64,000 nucleotides of DNA from contig SVTG01000008.1 of NCBI GenBank assembly GCA_015063895.1, forward strand, positions 156 through 64,155, read 5' to 3'. Origin of the DNA: Oscillospiraceae bacterium (GTDB lineage: Bacteria; Bacillota; Clostridia; Oscillospirales; CAG-272). The stretch's first letter is position 1, and each line of letters starts with the position of its first letter. Positions 29,530-38,488 of this stretch are shown piece after piece. The notes beneath the pieces were generated by a model. It was given only the letters and a program-made list of their open reading frames with translations. It was not told the origin of the DNA and searched no databases. A program made the position numbers and the translations under genes.

Positions 29530-30396
29530 ATGTTTGTCGATATGTTTGGTAAAAAACGCTTCAAGCTGGGTCTTCACCAGCACTCATCGCTCTCCGACGG
29601 CAAGCTGTCGCCCGAGGAGCTGGCAACGCTGTACCGTGACAACGGCTATGATGCCATTGCCATCACCGATCACTGGTATTTTTACCCGGAGGGGGAGCTG
29701 GCAGGTCTGCCGATCCTGTCGGGGGGAGAATATCACGTTGGCTTCCGCGATGCGGGTGAGGGCGTTTTCCATATTCTTTGTCTGTTTGCCGACCGCGCGC
29801 CCGTGCTTGAGCGCGAGGGGGCGACTGCGCAGGGCATTATCGATGCCATTCACGATGCAGGGGGACTTGCCGTTCTCGCGCACCCTGCGTGGTCGATGAA
29901 TACCACCGAAAGCGTGAAGGCGCTGTCGGGCTTTGATGCCACCGAGATCTACAACACCGTATCGCAGAATACGCGCCGTGCCGATGCCTCGGTTCTGATT
30001 GACCATTACGCCCTGAACGGTATGTGTTTTCCGCTGCTGGCTGCTGACGATTTTCATAGCCTCGCCCATTTTCCCCGTCCCGTTTCCTTCGTGATGGTGG
30101 AAAGCGAGGACCTGAGTGCCCCCGCCCTGCGTGCGGCCATTCGCGAAAAGCGATTTTATGCCTCCACGGGTCCTGAAATTCATTTGAAAAGAGAGGGGAA
30201 TACCGTGGTGCTGGATTGCTCACCTGCAGCAGAGATCGTATTTGAAAGCAATCTGGTGCTTTCCCCCAACCGCATTGCGGTCGGTGAGGGCCTTACGCAC
30301 GCCGTTTATCCCCTCAACGAAAACGAGCGCTTTGTGCGCGCCTTTGTCACCGATGCCGAGGGCCGTCAGGCATTCAGCAATTTTATTGAAATTTGA
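29530..30396 (+). CDS. PHP-domain metallophosphoesterase (CehA/McbA-like)
   Basis: Start at ATG 29530. LHQHSSLSDGKLSPEE...AIAITDHW...LAHPAW match PHP His/Asp motifs. 288 aa. Confidence 0.6.
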   Translation: MFVDMFGKKRFKLGLHQHSSLSDGKLSPEELATLYRDNGYDAIAITDHWYFYPEGELAGLPILSGGEYHVGFRDAGEGVFHILCLFADRAPVLEREGATAQGIIDAIHDAGGLAVLAHPAWSMNTTESVKALSGFDATEIYNTVSQNTRRADASVLIDHYALNGMCFPLLAADDFHSLAHFPRPVSFVMVESEDLSAPALRAAIREKRFYASTGPEIHLKREGNTVVLDCSPAAEIVFESNLVLSPNRIAVGEGLTHAVYPLNENERFVRAFVTDAEGRQAFSNFIEI

Positions 30397-30402
30397 TCTT
30401 GC

Positions 30403-30440
30403 AAAAATTCTCTCGGTGGGCGAGAGAATTTTTTGCTTTT
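30403..30440 (+). terminator. intrinsic terminator
   Basis: AAAAATTCTCTCG/CGAGAGAATTTTT plus a T-run. Confidence 0.8.
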
Positions 30441-30455
30441 TATCATCAAAACCGC

Positions 30456-30484
30456 TTGACAAGAAAGACGCGGTGTTATATAAT
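30456..30484 (+). promoter_or_regulatory. consensus sigma-A promoter of the glpP operon
   Basis: TTGACA, 17-nt spacer, TATAAT (perfect). Confidence 0.7.
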
Positions 30485-30506
30485 GTAGATACTGTGGAGA
30501 GATGGA

Positions 30507-30551
30507 GATGCAGGAGTACACCGGGTGAGGTGTACCTTTGCATCTTTTTTT
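30507..30551 (+). terminator. leader terminator (candidate GlpP antitermination target)
   Basis: 16-nt arms GATGCAGGAGTACACC/GGTGTACCTTTGCATC followed by TTTTTTT. It lies between the promoter and the glpP RBS. Confidence 0.7.
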
Positions 30552-30578
30552 ATAGTATTTTTTCAGTAAGGAGATCCT

Positions 30579-31142
30579 ATGACGTCTTATAAGCTGATTG
30601 AATCGCTTGAGCTCAATCCCATTATTGCCGCCGTACACGACGGTGATTTCGATGAGGCGGTCGCTTCTCCCGCCGAGGTGATCTTTTACCTCAAGGCCAA
30701 CCTTTTGACGGTGCGTGAGCGCGTTTTGGCGGCACACGGGGCAGGAAAGACCATTTTGGTGCATATTGATCTTGCCGATGGCGTCGGTAAGGACCGTGCG
30801 GGTATAGCCTTTCTTGCCGAGTGCGGTGTAGACGGCATTATCAGCACGCGCACCCAGCTTTTACGCTATGCCAAGGAGATGGGGCTTGTTGCCGTGCAAC
30901 GCTTCTTCACCCTTGATTCGCAGGGAATGGAGAGCATTGAGGAAACGCTTTCTAACCCCGTGTGTGATCTCATTGAGCTGATGCCGGGTGTGATCGGTAA
31001 AACGATCTCGCGATTTTCTCGGGGCGCGATCCCACTGATCGCAGGCGGCCTGATCGAAACGAAGGCAGAGGTCACCACGGCCCTGCAATGCGGTGCGCTT
31101 GCCGTATCGACGGGTAAGCGTGCGCTTTGGTATATTGAATAA
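30579..31142 (+). CDS. glpP: glycerol-3-phosphate-responsive antiterminator GlpP
   Basis: 187 aa with PIIAAV......VIFYL...L.....H..GK.ILVHIDL..G...D..GI.FL and a GIISTR pattern typical of GlpP. Confidence 0.85.
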   Translation: MTSYKLIESLELNPIIAAVHDGDFDEAVASPAEVIFYLKANLLTVRERVLAAHGAGKTILVHIDLADGVGKDRAGIAFLAECGVDGIISTRTQLLRYAKEMGLVAVQRFFTLDSQGMESIEETLSNPVCDLIELMPGVIGKTISRFSRGAIPLIAGGLIETKAEVTTALQCGALAVSTGKRALWYIE

Positions 31143-31178
31143 AATTTTTAAAATAAAAATAGCGAGGAAGGTAGAAGT

Positions 31179-32612
31179 ATGTATGACGTATTGATTGTCG
31201 GCGCCGGCGTCATTGGCGGTATGCTGGCAAGGCAGCTTTCAAGATACAACCTCTCGGTTTGTATGCTTGAAAAGGAAAACGACGTTGCCATGGGTGCCAC
31301 TAAGGCAAACAGCGGTATCGTGCACGGCGGCTATGACCCCGAGCCCGGCACCCTGAAGGCCAAGCTGAATGCCGAGGGCGTGCAGAAGCTTTACGACGTG
31401 GCAGATGAGATCCACGCGCCCTACCGCAAAAACGGTTCCTTTGTGTGTGCGTTCGGTACACCCGAGGAGGAAGCGACGGTAAGAAAGCTTTACGAGCGCG
31501 GTCGGATCAACGGCATCAAGGGCCTTGAGATCCTGACGGGCGACGAGGCGCGTGCCTTGGAGCCTGCCCTTTCCGATAAGGTATCCCTTGTGCTCAACGT
31601 CACAAACTCAGGCATCGTTTGCCCCTACGAATTGACGGTTGCTGCTATCGGCAACGCGATGGATAACGGCGCTGAGTTGAAGGTCGGCTTTGCCGTCAGC
31701 GCGGTCGAGAAGACCGAAAACGGCTTTGTGGCTGTTGCAGAAAACGGCACCCGTGTGGAGGGTAAATATCTCGTAAACTGCGCAGGTGCTTATTCTGACC
31801 GTGTGGCTGCCATGGTGGGCGATAGCTTCTTTACCATTATCCCGCGTGCGGGTGAGTATATGATGCTTGACAAAAATGAGGGCAGCCGCGTATCGCATAC
31901 CATCTTCCAGGTGCCGAGTGTCGAGGGCAAGGGCATTCTGGTATCCCCCACGGTGGACGGCAACCTGCTGACGGGTCCTACCGCCAGCAAGGTAGCGGAT
32001 CCTACCTGCACCGAAACTACGCCCGAGGGGCTTGAGGCTGTTGGGCGTCTTGCCGCCAAGAGCGTGCCGAGTGTAAACTTCCGTCAGGTCATTACCTCCT
32101 TTACGGGCGTGCGCTCGTCCGAAAAGAACGGTGACTTCATCATCTGCCCCTCAAAGACTACCGCGGGCGTTCTGCACGTAGCCGCGATAGACTCCCCCGG
32201 TCTTACCTGCTGTGTGGCTATTGCCGATTACGCGATCGAGCAGCTGCGCGCAATGGGCCTTGTCCTCACCGAAAAGGCAGATTTTGATCCTGTGCGCGAA
32301 AATCCGCACGCCTTCCGTGAGATGAGCGATGAGGAAAAGGACGCTTATATCAAGCAGCACCCTGCCTACGGCAAGATCGTTTGCCGCTGCGAGACTGTCA
32401 GCGAGGGTGAGATCCGCGATGCCATTCGCCGCAATCCGCCCGCCAGAGACATTGACGGTGTCAAGCGCCGCACGCGCTCGGGTATGGGCCGCTGCCAGGG
32501 TGGCTTCTGCATGCCTTACGTGATGCGCCTGCTTTCCGAGGAAAACGGTGAGCCGATGGAAAAGATCACCAAAAACGGCGAGGGCTCTGCCCAGCTGACA
32601 GGAAAACTGTAA
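31179..32612 (+). CDS. FAD-dependent glycerol-3-phosphate dehydrogenase/oxidase-like protein with a BFD-like [2Fe-2S] domain
   Basis: YDVLIVGAGVIGG dinucleotide fold. C-terminal CRCETVSEGEIRDAI...CQGGFC. Confidence 0.8.
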   Translation: MYDVLIVGAGVIGGMLARQLSRYNLSVCMLEKENDVAMGATKANSGIVHGGYDPEPGTLKAKLNAEGVQKLYDVADEIHAPYRKNGSFVCAFGTPEEEATVRKLYERGRINGIKGLEILTGDEARALEPALSDKVSLVLNVTNSGIVCPYELTVAAIGNAMDNGAELKVGFAVSAVEKTENGFVAVAENGTRVEGKYLVNCAGAYSDRVAAMVGDSFFTIIPRAGEYMMLDKNEGSRVSHTIFQVPSVEGKGILVSPTVDGNLLTGPTASKVADPTCTETTPEGLEAVGRLAAKSVPSVNFRQVITSFTGVRSSEKNGDFIICPSKTTAGVLHVAAIDSPGLTCCVAIADYAIEQLRAMGLVLTEKADFDPVRENPHAFREMSDEEKDAYIKQHPAYGKIVCRCETVSEGEIRDAIRRNPPARDIDGVKRRTRSGMGRCQGGFCMPYVMRLLSEENGEPMEKITKNGEGSAQLTGKL

Positions 32613-32626
32613 GGAGGGGCGATAGA

Positions 32627-33874
32627 ATGAGAGCACATGATATTGTGATTATCGGCGGCGGTCCTGCAGGCATGGCGGCGGCTGTGGCTGCTTATGACGC
32701 AGGCGTTACCGACGTTGTCATTCTTGACCGTGAGGATAGCGTTGGCGGTATTTTGCGCCAGTGCATTCATAACGGCTTCGGTCTGCACAAGCTCGGTCGT
32801 GAGCTGACGGGCCCCGAATACGCCGACGTTTACCGCAAGGAGGTAGAAAAGCGCGGTATTCAGGTCTATTGTGAAACGATGGTGACCGCAGTTTCCGCAG
32901 ACCGTGTGGTGACGGCACGCAACCGTCAGGGTATTATGAAAATTCAGGCAGGTGCAGTTGTGCTTGCCATGGGCTGCCGTGAGCGTAGCCGCGGTGCCCT
33001 GAATATCAGCGGTACGCGTCCTGCGGGTGTTTACAGCGCAGGCACCGCGCAGAAGATGATCAACTGCGAGGGGTATATGGTCGGCAAGAGAGTCGTCATT
33101 CTCGGCTCGGGTGATATCGGTCTTATCATGGCACGCCGTATGTCCTTTGAGGGCGCTAAGGTAGAGGCCGTATGTGAGATCATGCCCTATTCGGGGGGCC
33201 TCACGCGTAATATCGTGCAGTGCCTTGAGGACTATGATATTCCGCTTTACCTCTCGACTACCGTTGCCGAGATCCACGGCAAAAAGCGCGTGGAGGGTGT
33301 GACGATCGCTGAGGTCGATGAGAACCGCCGCGTGAAGGAGGAAACCAAGCGTTATATTCCCTGTGATACGCTCCTGCTTTCCTGCGGCCTGATCCCCGAG
33401 AATGAGCTCACGCACTCGGCAGGGATCCCGATCGACCCGATCACGTCCGGTGCGCTGGTTGACGAGAACCGTGAAACTGCCGTGCCCGGTATCTTTGCTT
33501 GCGGCAACGTGCTGCAGGTGCACGACCTGGTTGACTACGTGTCCGATGAGGCTGAGATCGCCGGCATCGGTGCCGCCAACTTCGTCAAAAACGGTGCTGT
33601 TACGGGTGATACCGTGCAGACTAAGGCGGGTAACGGTGTCAGATACGTGCTGCCGCAGCGCGTGCATACCGATAAGGGCAACGACGTTGCACTCTTTATG
33701 CGCGTGACCCAACCCTTTGGTAAGGTTCGCTTTACCGTAAAATCGGGTGACACGGTGCTGGCTACCGCACAGCGCCTGAAGGCTGCTCCCGGTGAGATGG
33801 AAAAGATCGTTGTGAAGCAGGATAAGCTGGCGCTCGCCAAGGAGCCTATCACCGTTTCGTTGGAGGTGCTGTGA
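32627..33874 (+). CDS. NAD(P)/FAD-dependent pyridine nucleotide-disulfide-type oxidoreductase
   Basis: HDIVIIGGGPAGMAAA and a second GSGDIGL fold. Conserved partner of the upstream gene. Confidence 0.8.
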   Translation: MRAHDIVIIGGGPAGMAAAVAAYDAGVTDVVILDREDSVGGILRQCIHNGFGLHKLGRELTGPEYADVYRKEVEKRGIQVYCETMVTAVSADRVVTARNRQGIMKIQAGAVVLAMGCRERSRGALNISGTRPAGVYSAGTAQKMINCEGYMVGKRVVILGSGDIGLIMARRMSFEGAKVEAVCEIMPYSGGLTRNIVQCLEDYDIPLYLSTTVAEIHGKKRVEGVTIAEVDENRRVKEETKRYIPCDTLLLSCGLIPENELTHSAGIPIDPITSGALVDENRETAVPGIFACGNVLQVHDLVDYVSDEAEIAGIGAANFVKNGAVTGDTVQTKAGNGVRYVLPQRVHTDKGNDVALFMRVTQPFGKVRFTVKSGDTVLATAQRLKAAPGEMEKIVVKQDKLALAKEPITVSLEVL

Positions 33875-34221
33875 TGAAAAGAAATCTGATTTGTATTATC
33901 TGCCCCCGTGGCTGTGCTATGACCGTGGAGGGCGAGAAGGATAACCTGACCGTTGTCGGCAACGCCTGCCCCAAGGGCAAGCAGTACGCCATTGATGAGT
34001 GCACGCACCCCACCCGTACGGTAACCTCTATCGTGCGCGTTGCCAATCGCGTGGATACGATGGTCAGCGTCAAGACCGCGGCCCCCATTCCGAAGGAGAA
34101 TATTTTCGATGTGATGGCTAAGATCCGTGCTGCCGAGGTGCAGGCACCGATCGAGGCGGGCACTGTGATCCTTTCGGATATTTACGGCACCGAGGTTATC
34201 GCCACTAAGACGATCCTTTAA
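33874..34221 (+). CDS. DUF1667 domain protein
   Basis: LICIICPRGCAMTVE...VGNACPKGKQYA. ATGA overlap with the upstream stop. Third member of the conserved trio. Confidence 0.8.
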   Translation: MKRNLICIICPRGCAMTVEGEKDNLTVVGNACPKGKQYAIDECTHPTRTVTSIVRVANRVDTMVSVKTAAPIPKENIFDVMAKIRAAEVQAPIEAGTVILSDIYGTEVIATKTIL

Positions 34222-34232
34222 GGAAAGTATGA

Positions 34233-34268
34233 AATCCCCACCGTGTAGCGGTGGGGATTTTTGCTTTT
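34233..34268 (+). terminator. intrinsic terminator
   Basis: AAATCCCCACCG/CGGTGGGGATTT plus a T-run. Confidence 0.85.
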
Positions 34269-34271
34269 GTC

Positions 34272-34300
34272 TTGACAGCAGCCAAAAAGGGGGGTATAAT
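34272..34300 (+). promoter_or_regulatory. consensus sigma-A promoter
   Basis: TTGACA, 17-nt spacer, TATAAT (perfect). Confidence 0.7.
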
Positions 34301-34335
34301 GAAGCCAACGATACCAAAACAGGAGGGAGCGCAGC

Positions 34336-36525
34336 ATGTCATTTTATCACGCTAAGTATATCAAGGCTGAGCCTGTGGCCGCGGCTTATTCGCACAACGA
34401 CCCGGCCCCTTTTTTCAGAAAAAGCTTTCAGCTTAGCACCTTGCCAAAGCAAGCTACGCTTTCGGTGCAATCGCCCGGCTTCGTGAAGGTATATGTAAAC
34501 GGCAAGGATATTACCGACCATTTGTTTCTCTCTCCCATCTCCGATCCGCAGAAAATACTGTGGTATGATACGTATGATGTTACCGCCCTGCTGCAGCCGG
34601 GCGAAAACGTGCTTGGCGTGATTGCCGGCAACGGCTTTTTAAACGAGTCCTTTCGTTCTGCCTGGTATTATGAGGTTGCCCCGTGGCGTGATGCACCGCA
34701 GTTCATGCTTTCGCTGTCGACCGATGGTACCCCCGTGGCGGTAAGCGATGTCACGTGGCGTGTTTCCAAGCAGCACTCGCACATTATTTATCATCATCTG
34801 CGCAGCGGTGAGTGGTGGGATATGAGAAGGTATGACACGGCATGGCTTTTTCCCGGGTTTGACGACAGCGTGTGGGAGAACGCTTTGCTGCGTGAGCAGC
34901 CTTTTGGCGGTGTGCTGAAGCCAACGCCTTGCCAGCCCGTGCGCGAATGCGCACAGCTGTCCCCCGTATCCGTCAAGGCGGCAAAGGACGGCTTTTTGTT
35001 TGATTTTGGCATAAATATATCGGGCTATGTCGACGTGACGCTGGAGGCACCTCGGGGCAGTGAGATCTCCTTTTACTATGCCGAGGAGATAGATGAGCAG
35101 GGAAATCCTGCACACAACGGCATGGATGATACGTATTTTTATGCCGAGTCGCCCTTCCAGCTGAATAAGCTGATCGCCTCGGGCGGCAAGGACCGCTTTA
35201 AGCCGCACTTTTCTTATCATGGCTTCCGTTATGTGCTGATAAAGGGTATTTCCGCACCGCCGACTGCTATCGTGGCTTGCTTTACGCATAACGATGTGGC
35301 ACGCCGCTCGGATTTCACGTCGGGCAGCGCGTTGTTGAATTATATTTTTACGGCAAGCATTCGCTCTACCTATGCCAACATGTTTTGGTGCATTACCGAT
35401 TGCCCCACGCGCGAAAAGCTGGGGTGGCTGAACGATGCGCAGGCAAGCGTTGAGCAAACGATGATCAATTTTGATATTCTGCCGCTTTATCGCAAGTGGC
35501 TGGCTGATCTTGAGGCCGGTATTTTTGAAAACGGCCTGATACACGGCACCGTGCCGTCTACTGACTGGGAGTGGGGACGTGAGTGCGGCCCTGTTTGCGG
35601 CGGCATGATCTATGAGCTGCCGTACCGTGCCTACCTTGCCACGGGCGACGCCAAGTGGCTGGTGGATACGCTTCCTTCCTTGCAGCGCTATACCGATTAT
35701 CTTGAGGCCTCTGTGCGCGAGGATAAGCAGTTTGCCCTTGGCGATTGGCTGGGCAACGGTAACAGTAAACGCGTTCCCAAGGCAATGGTGCGCGATTTTT
35801 ACCTGGTAAAGGCGTGGCGTGTCACAGCCTTGGCAGGCAGGCTTGCGGGCAAGGGCGGGGCGTTGCAGGCACGCTATGAGGCTGTGCGTGCAGCCTTTGT
35901 GCAAAAATATACCGATGCGGATGGCCGCGCCACGGTCACCGAGCAGACGGCAATCGCCATGATGCTGGCCGAGGGGCTTTCCCGTGACCGTGCGGTGCTT
36001 GCCGCGCAGCTGGTTGAGGTTGTGCTGCGTGATCGCTGTCAGATGACCTGCGGCATGGTGGGCGTGCAGTATATTTACGGCGCACTTGCAGCCATTGGGC
36101 GCGGCGATCTTGCTTATCGCATGATAAGCGAAAGCGAGCCCGGCTATAAAACTTGGTTTGAAAATGGCGCCACCACGCTGTGGGAGTGCTGGGACGGCCT
36201 TCATCGCGGCTCGCACAATCACCACATGTTTTCAAACGTATCGGGGTGGCTCTTTACCGCCCTTCTGGGTATCGCGCCGCGTGAGGATGCACCCGGCTAT
36301 AAGGCACTGACGCTACAGCCCTCTTTTGTGGCCGATATCGGTGAGGTCAGCGGGTATATCGATACCGTTAGGGGGCGTATTGCGGCGGCGTGGCAGTATC
36401 GTGAGGGCGTGTTTACCTATACGGTGCAGCTGCCGGAGGGTGTTTGTGCCACCTTTGACGGCAAGCCCCTAACGACAGGTGAAAATGTATTTTACGTAAA
36501 GGAGAAAAAGTATGAAAATCGTTGA
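34336..36525 (+). CDS. alpha-L-rhamnosidase, GH78 family
   Basis: N-terminal PAPFFRKSF and GENVLGVIAGNG. Catalytic-domain block TDCPTREKLGWLNDAQ. 729 aa. Confidence 0.85.
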   Translation: MSFYHAKYIKAEPVAAAYSHNDPAPFFRKSFQLSTLPKQATLSVQSPGFVKVYVNGKDITDHLFLSPISDPQKILWYDTYDVTALLQPGENVLGVIAGNGFLNESFRSAWYYEVAPWRDAPQFMLSLSTDGTPVAVSDVTWRVSKQHSHIIYHHLRSGEWWDMRRYDTAWLFPGFDDSVWENALLREQPFGGVLKPTPCQPVRECAQLSPVSVKAAKDGFLFDFGINISGYVDVTLEAPRGSEISFYYAEEIDEQGNPAHNGMDDTYFYAESPFQLNKLIASGGKDRFKPHFSYHGFRYVLIKGISAPPTAIVACFTHNDVARRSDFTSGSALLNYIFTASIRSTYANMFWCITDCPTREKLGWLNDAQASVEQTMINFDILPLYRKWLADLEAGIFENGLIHGTVPSTDWEWGRECGPVCGGMIYELPYRAYLATGDAKWLVDTLPSLQRYTDYLEASVREDKQFALGDWLGNGNSKRVPKAMVRDFYLVKAWRVTALAGRLAGKGGALQARYEAVRAAFVQKYTDADGRATVTEQTAIAMMLAEGLSRDRAVLAAQLVEVVLRDRCQMTCGMVGVQYIYGALAAIGRGDLAYRMISESEPGYKTWFENGATTLWECWDGLHRGSHNHHMFSNVSGWLFTALLGIAPREDAPGYKALTLQPSFVADIGEVSGYIDTVRGRIAAAWQYREGVFTYTVQLPEGVCATFDGKPLTTGENVFYVKEKKYENR

Positions 36526-37237
36526 AAAGATGGCAGCAAAGGCGGCGCATAACTCGTCTTGCGAGGGTGTAACCATTGCATTTCTCGGCGATAGCGTTAC
36601 GCAGGGCTGCTTTGAGATCTATAAAAGGCAAAACGGTAATATCGAAACGATATTTGATAAGCGCGGCTCGTATGAAATGGGCGTTTTTGATATCCTTTGC
36701 ACGCTCTTTCCATCGGTTACGGTCAATATCATCAACGCCGGCATCAGCGGTGATACTGCACCGAGCGGTCTTGTGCGCCTTGAGCGTGACGTGCTGCGTC
36801 ATGCGCCCGATCTCTTAGTGGTTTGCTACGGTCTTAACGATTGCGGCAGAAGCGAGGGGAGCATTGCACGCTACACGGCAGCATTACGCGGCATCTTTGA
36901 AAAGGTACAAGGGGCGGGCACAGAGCTCATCTTTATGACGCCGAATATGATGAATACAACGCTTAGCCCCCATATAGTCGAGCCCGATTTTGTGGCGATC
37001 GCTCAGGATTGCGCCGACAAGCAAGGCAGCGGTGTTTTTGATGCGCATATCGATGCGGCACGCGCGCTTTGTAAGGAGATGGGCGTTACGGTCTGCGATT
37101 GCTATGCACTTTGGAAGCGCTTGGCTGCGTGCGGCGTTGACGTGACCGAGCTTTTATCCAATAAGATCAATCATCCGACAAGAGAAATGAACCGCTTGTT
37201 TTCTTACGAACTGGTAAAAACCATGTTTGAGGCGTAA
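36512..37237 (+). CDS. SGNH/GDSL-family esterase
   Basis: Block I IAFLGDSVTQG, block III GLND, block V NHPT. 14-nt overlap with the rhamnosidase gene. Confidence 0.8.
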   Translation: MKIVEKMAAKAAHNSSCEGVTIAFLGDSVTQGCFEIYKRQNGNIETIFDKRGSYEMGVFDILCTLFPSVTVNIINAGISGDTAPSGLVRLERDVLRHAPDLLVVCYGLNDCGRSEGSIARYTAALRGIFEKVQGAGTELIFMTPNMMNTTLSPHIVEPDFVAIAQDCADKQGSGVFDAHIDAARALCKEMGVTVCDCYALWKRLAACGVDVTELLSNKINHPTREMNRLFSYELVKTMFEA

Positions 37238-37261
37238 GCGTGTAAAGAAAGGTAATTTAGT

Positions 37262-38407
37262 ATGAATTTTAAAGCACTCGATCAATTTTTAGATCAACTG
37301 ATTGCGGGTGGCAAGGTACCCGCTCTTGAGCTGGCTGTGACAAAAGAGGATAAAACGGTGTATCATCAGGCCTTCGGCTATGCCGATGACGCCAAGACCA
37401 GACCCTCTTCAAAATCCGATATCCGCTGGCTGTTCTCCTGCACAAAGGTGATGACCTGTATTGCCGCCATGCGCTTGGTAGAAGAGGGCAAGCTCTTCAT
37501 TTCCGATCCCGTTTCCGTGTATTTGCCCGAATTTGCGCACCTTAAGGTCAAAAATGATGAAACGGGTGAGGTGCACGACGCCGGGGAAGTGCTGACGGTG
37601 GCGCATTTGTTCGGTATGATGGGTGGCCTTGATTATGACCTCAAGGCTCCTGCCATTCAGGCGGCGATCGCCGCAGGGGGCGGTACGCGCGAGATCGTTG
37701 GCGCGATGGCGGAAAAGCCCCTGCATTTTGAACCGGGTGCTTCGTTCCAATACAGCCTTTGTCACGACGTGCTGGCCGCCGTGGTAGAGGTGATCGCAGG
37801 CATGCCCTTCGGCGAGTATCTGAACCGTATCATTTTTACCCCCCTGGGTCTTACGGATATCGGCTTTGTACCGAGCGAAGCACAGCTGGCGCGCTTTACC
37901 GATATGTATAGCTACGATTCGACCGCACGTGAGCTGCGATTGAGACAGTGCTGTAACGAATATGTGCTGAGTCCGCGTTATGAAAGCGGCGGTGCAGGGC
38001 TTTTCTCTACCGTTACGGCATATAGCAAATTCTTAGCCACCCTTGCCAACGGCAGAAGCCCCGAGGGATATGTTCTTTTAAAGCCCGAGACCGTGAAAAC
38101 GATCAGCGAAACAGATCTTTTAACACCGGGCGGTCGTCTTGGTATGAATGCCGCTTGGCCAACGCGCTTTTTCGGGTATGGCTGGGGGCTTTGCGGCCGC
38201 GTGCATCTTGACCCCACCTATTCACACGCGAAATCTCCTAAGGGTGAGTTTGGCTGGGACGGTGCCGCCAATTCCTTCTGCCTCATCGACCCCGCCGAGC
38301 GTGTGTCGGTGATGCTCGGTATGAACGTGCGCCAATTCGCTTATGGCTATCACGTCATTCACCCCAAGCTGCGCGACCTTGTTTACGAGTGCTTGTCGGC
38401 AAAATAA
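37262..38407 (+). CDS. serine hydrolase of the beta-lactamase (class C/esterase) family
   Basis: SxxK motif FSCTKVMT and a YS..G region. 381 aa. Confidence 0.75.
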   Translation: MNFKALDQFLDQLIAGGKVPALELAVTKEDKTVYHQAFGYADDAKTRPSSKSDIRWLFSCTKVMTCIAAMRLVEEGKLFISDPVSVYLPEFAHLKVKNDETGEVHDAGEVLTVAHLFGMMGGLDYDLKAPAIQAAIAAGGGTREIVGAMAEKPLHFEPGASFQYSLCHDVLAAVVEVIAGMPFGEYLNRIIFTPLGLTDIGFVPSEAQLARFTDMYSYDSTARELRLRQCCNEYVLSPRYESGGAGLFSTVTAYSKFLATLANGRSPEGYVLLKPETVKTISETDLLTPGGRLGMNAAWPTRFFGYGWGLCGRVHLDPTYSHAKSPKGEFGWDGAANSFCLIDPAERVSVMLGMNVRQFAYGYHVIHPKLRDLVYECLSAK

Positions 38408-38416
38408 ATGTAAAGT

Positions 38417-38463
38417 AAAGCCCCACAACGGCATGCAAATTCTGCACCGTTGTGGGGCTTTTT
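38417..38463. terminator. bidirectional terminator between convergent genes
   Basis: AAAGCCCCACAACGG/CCGTTGTGGGGCTTT with A and T runs on both sides. Confidence 0.85.
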
Positions 38464-38488
38464 GTGATAAATGGGAAAAGCTCCTTCG

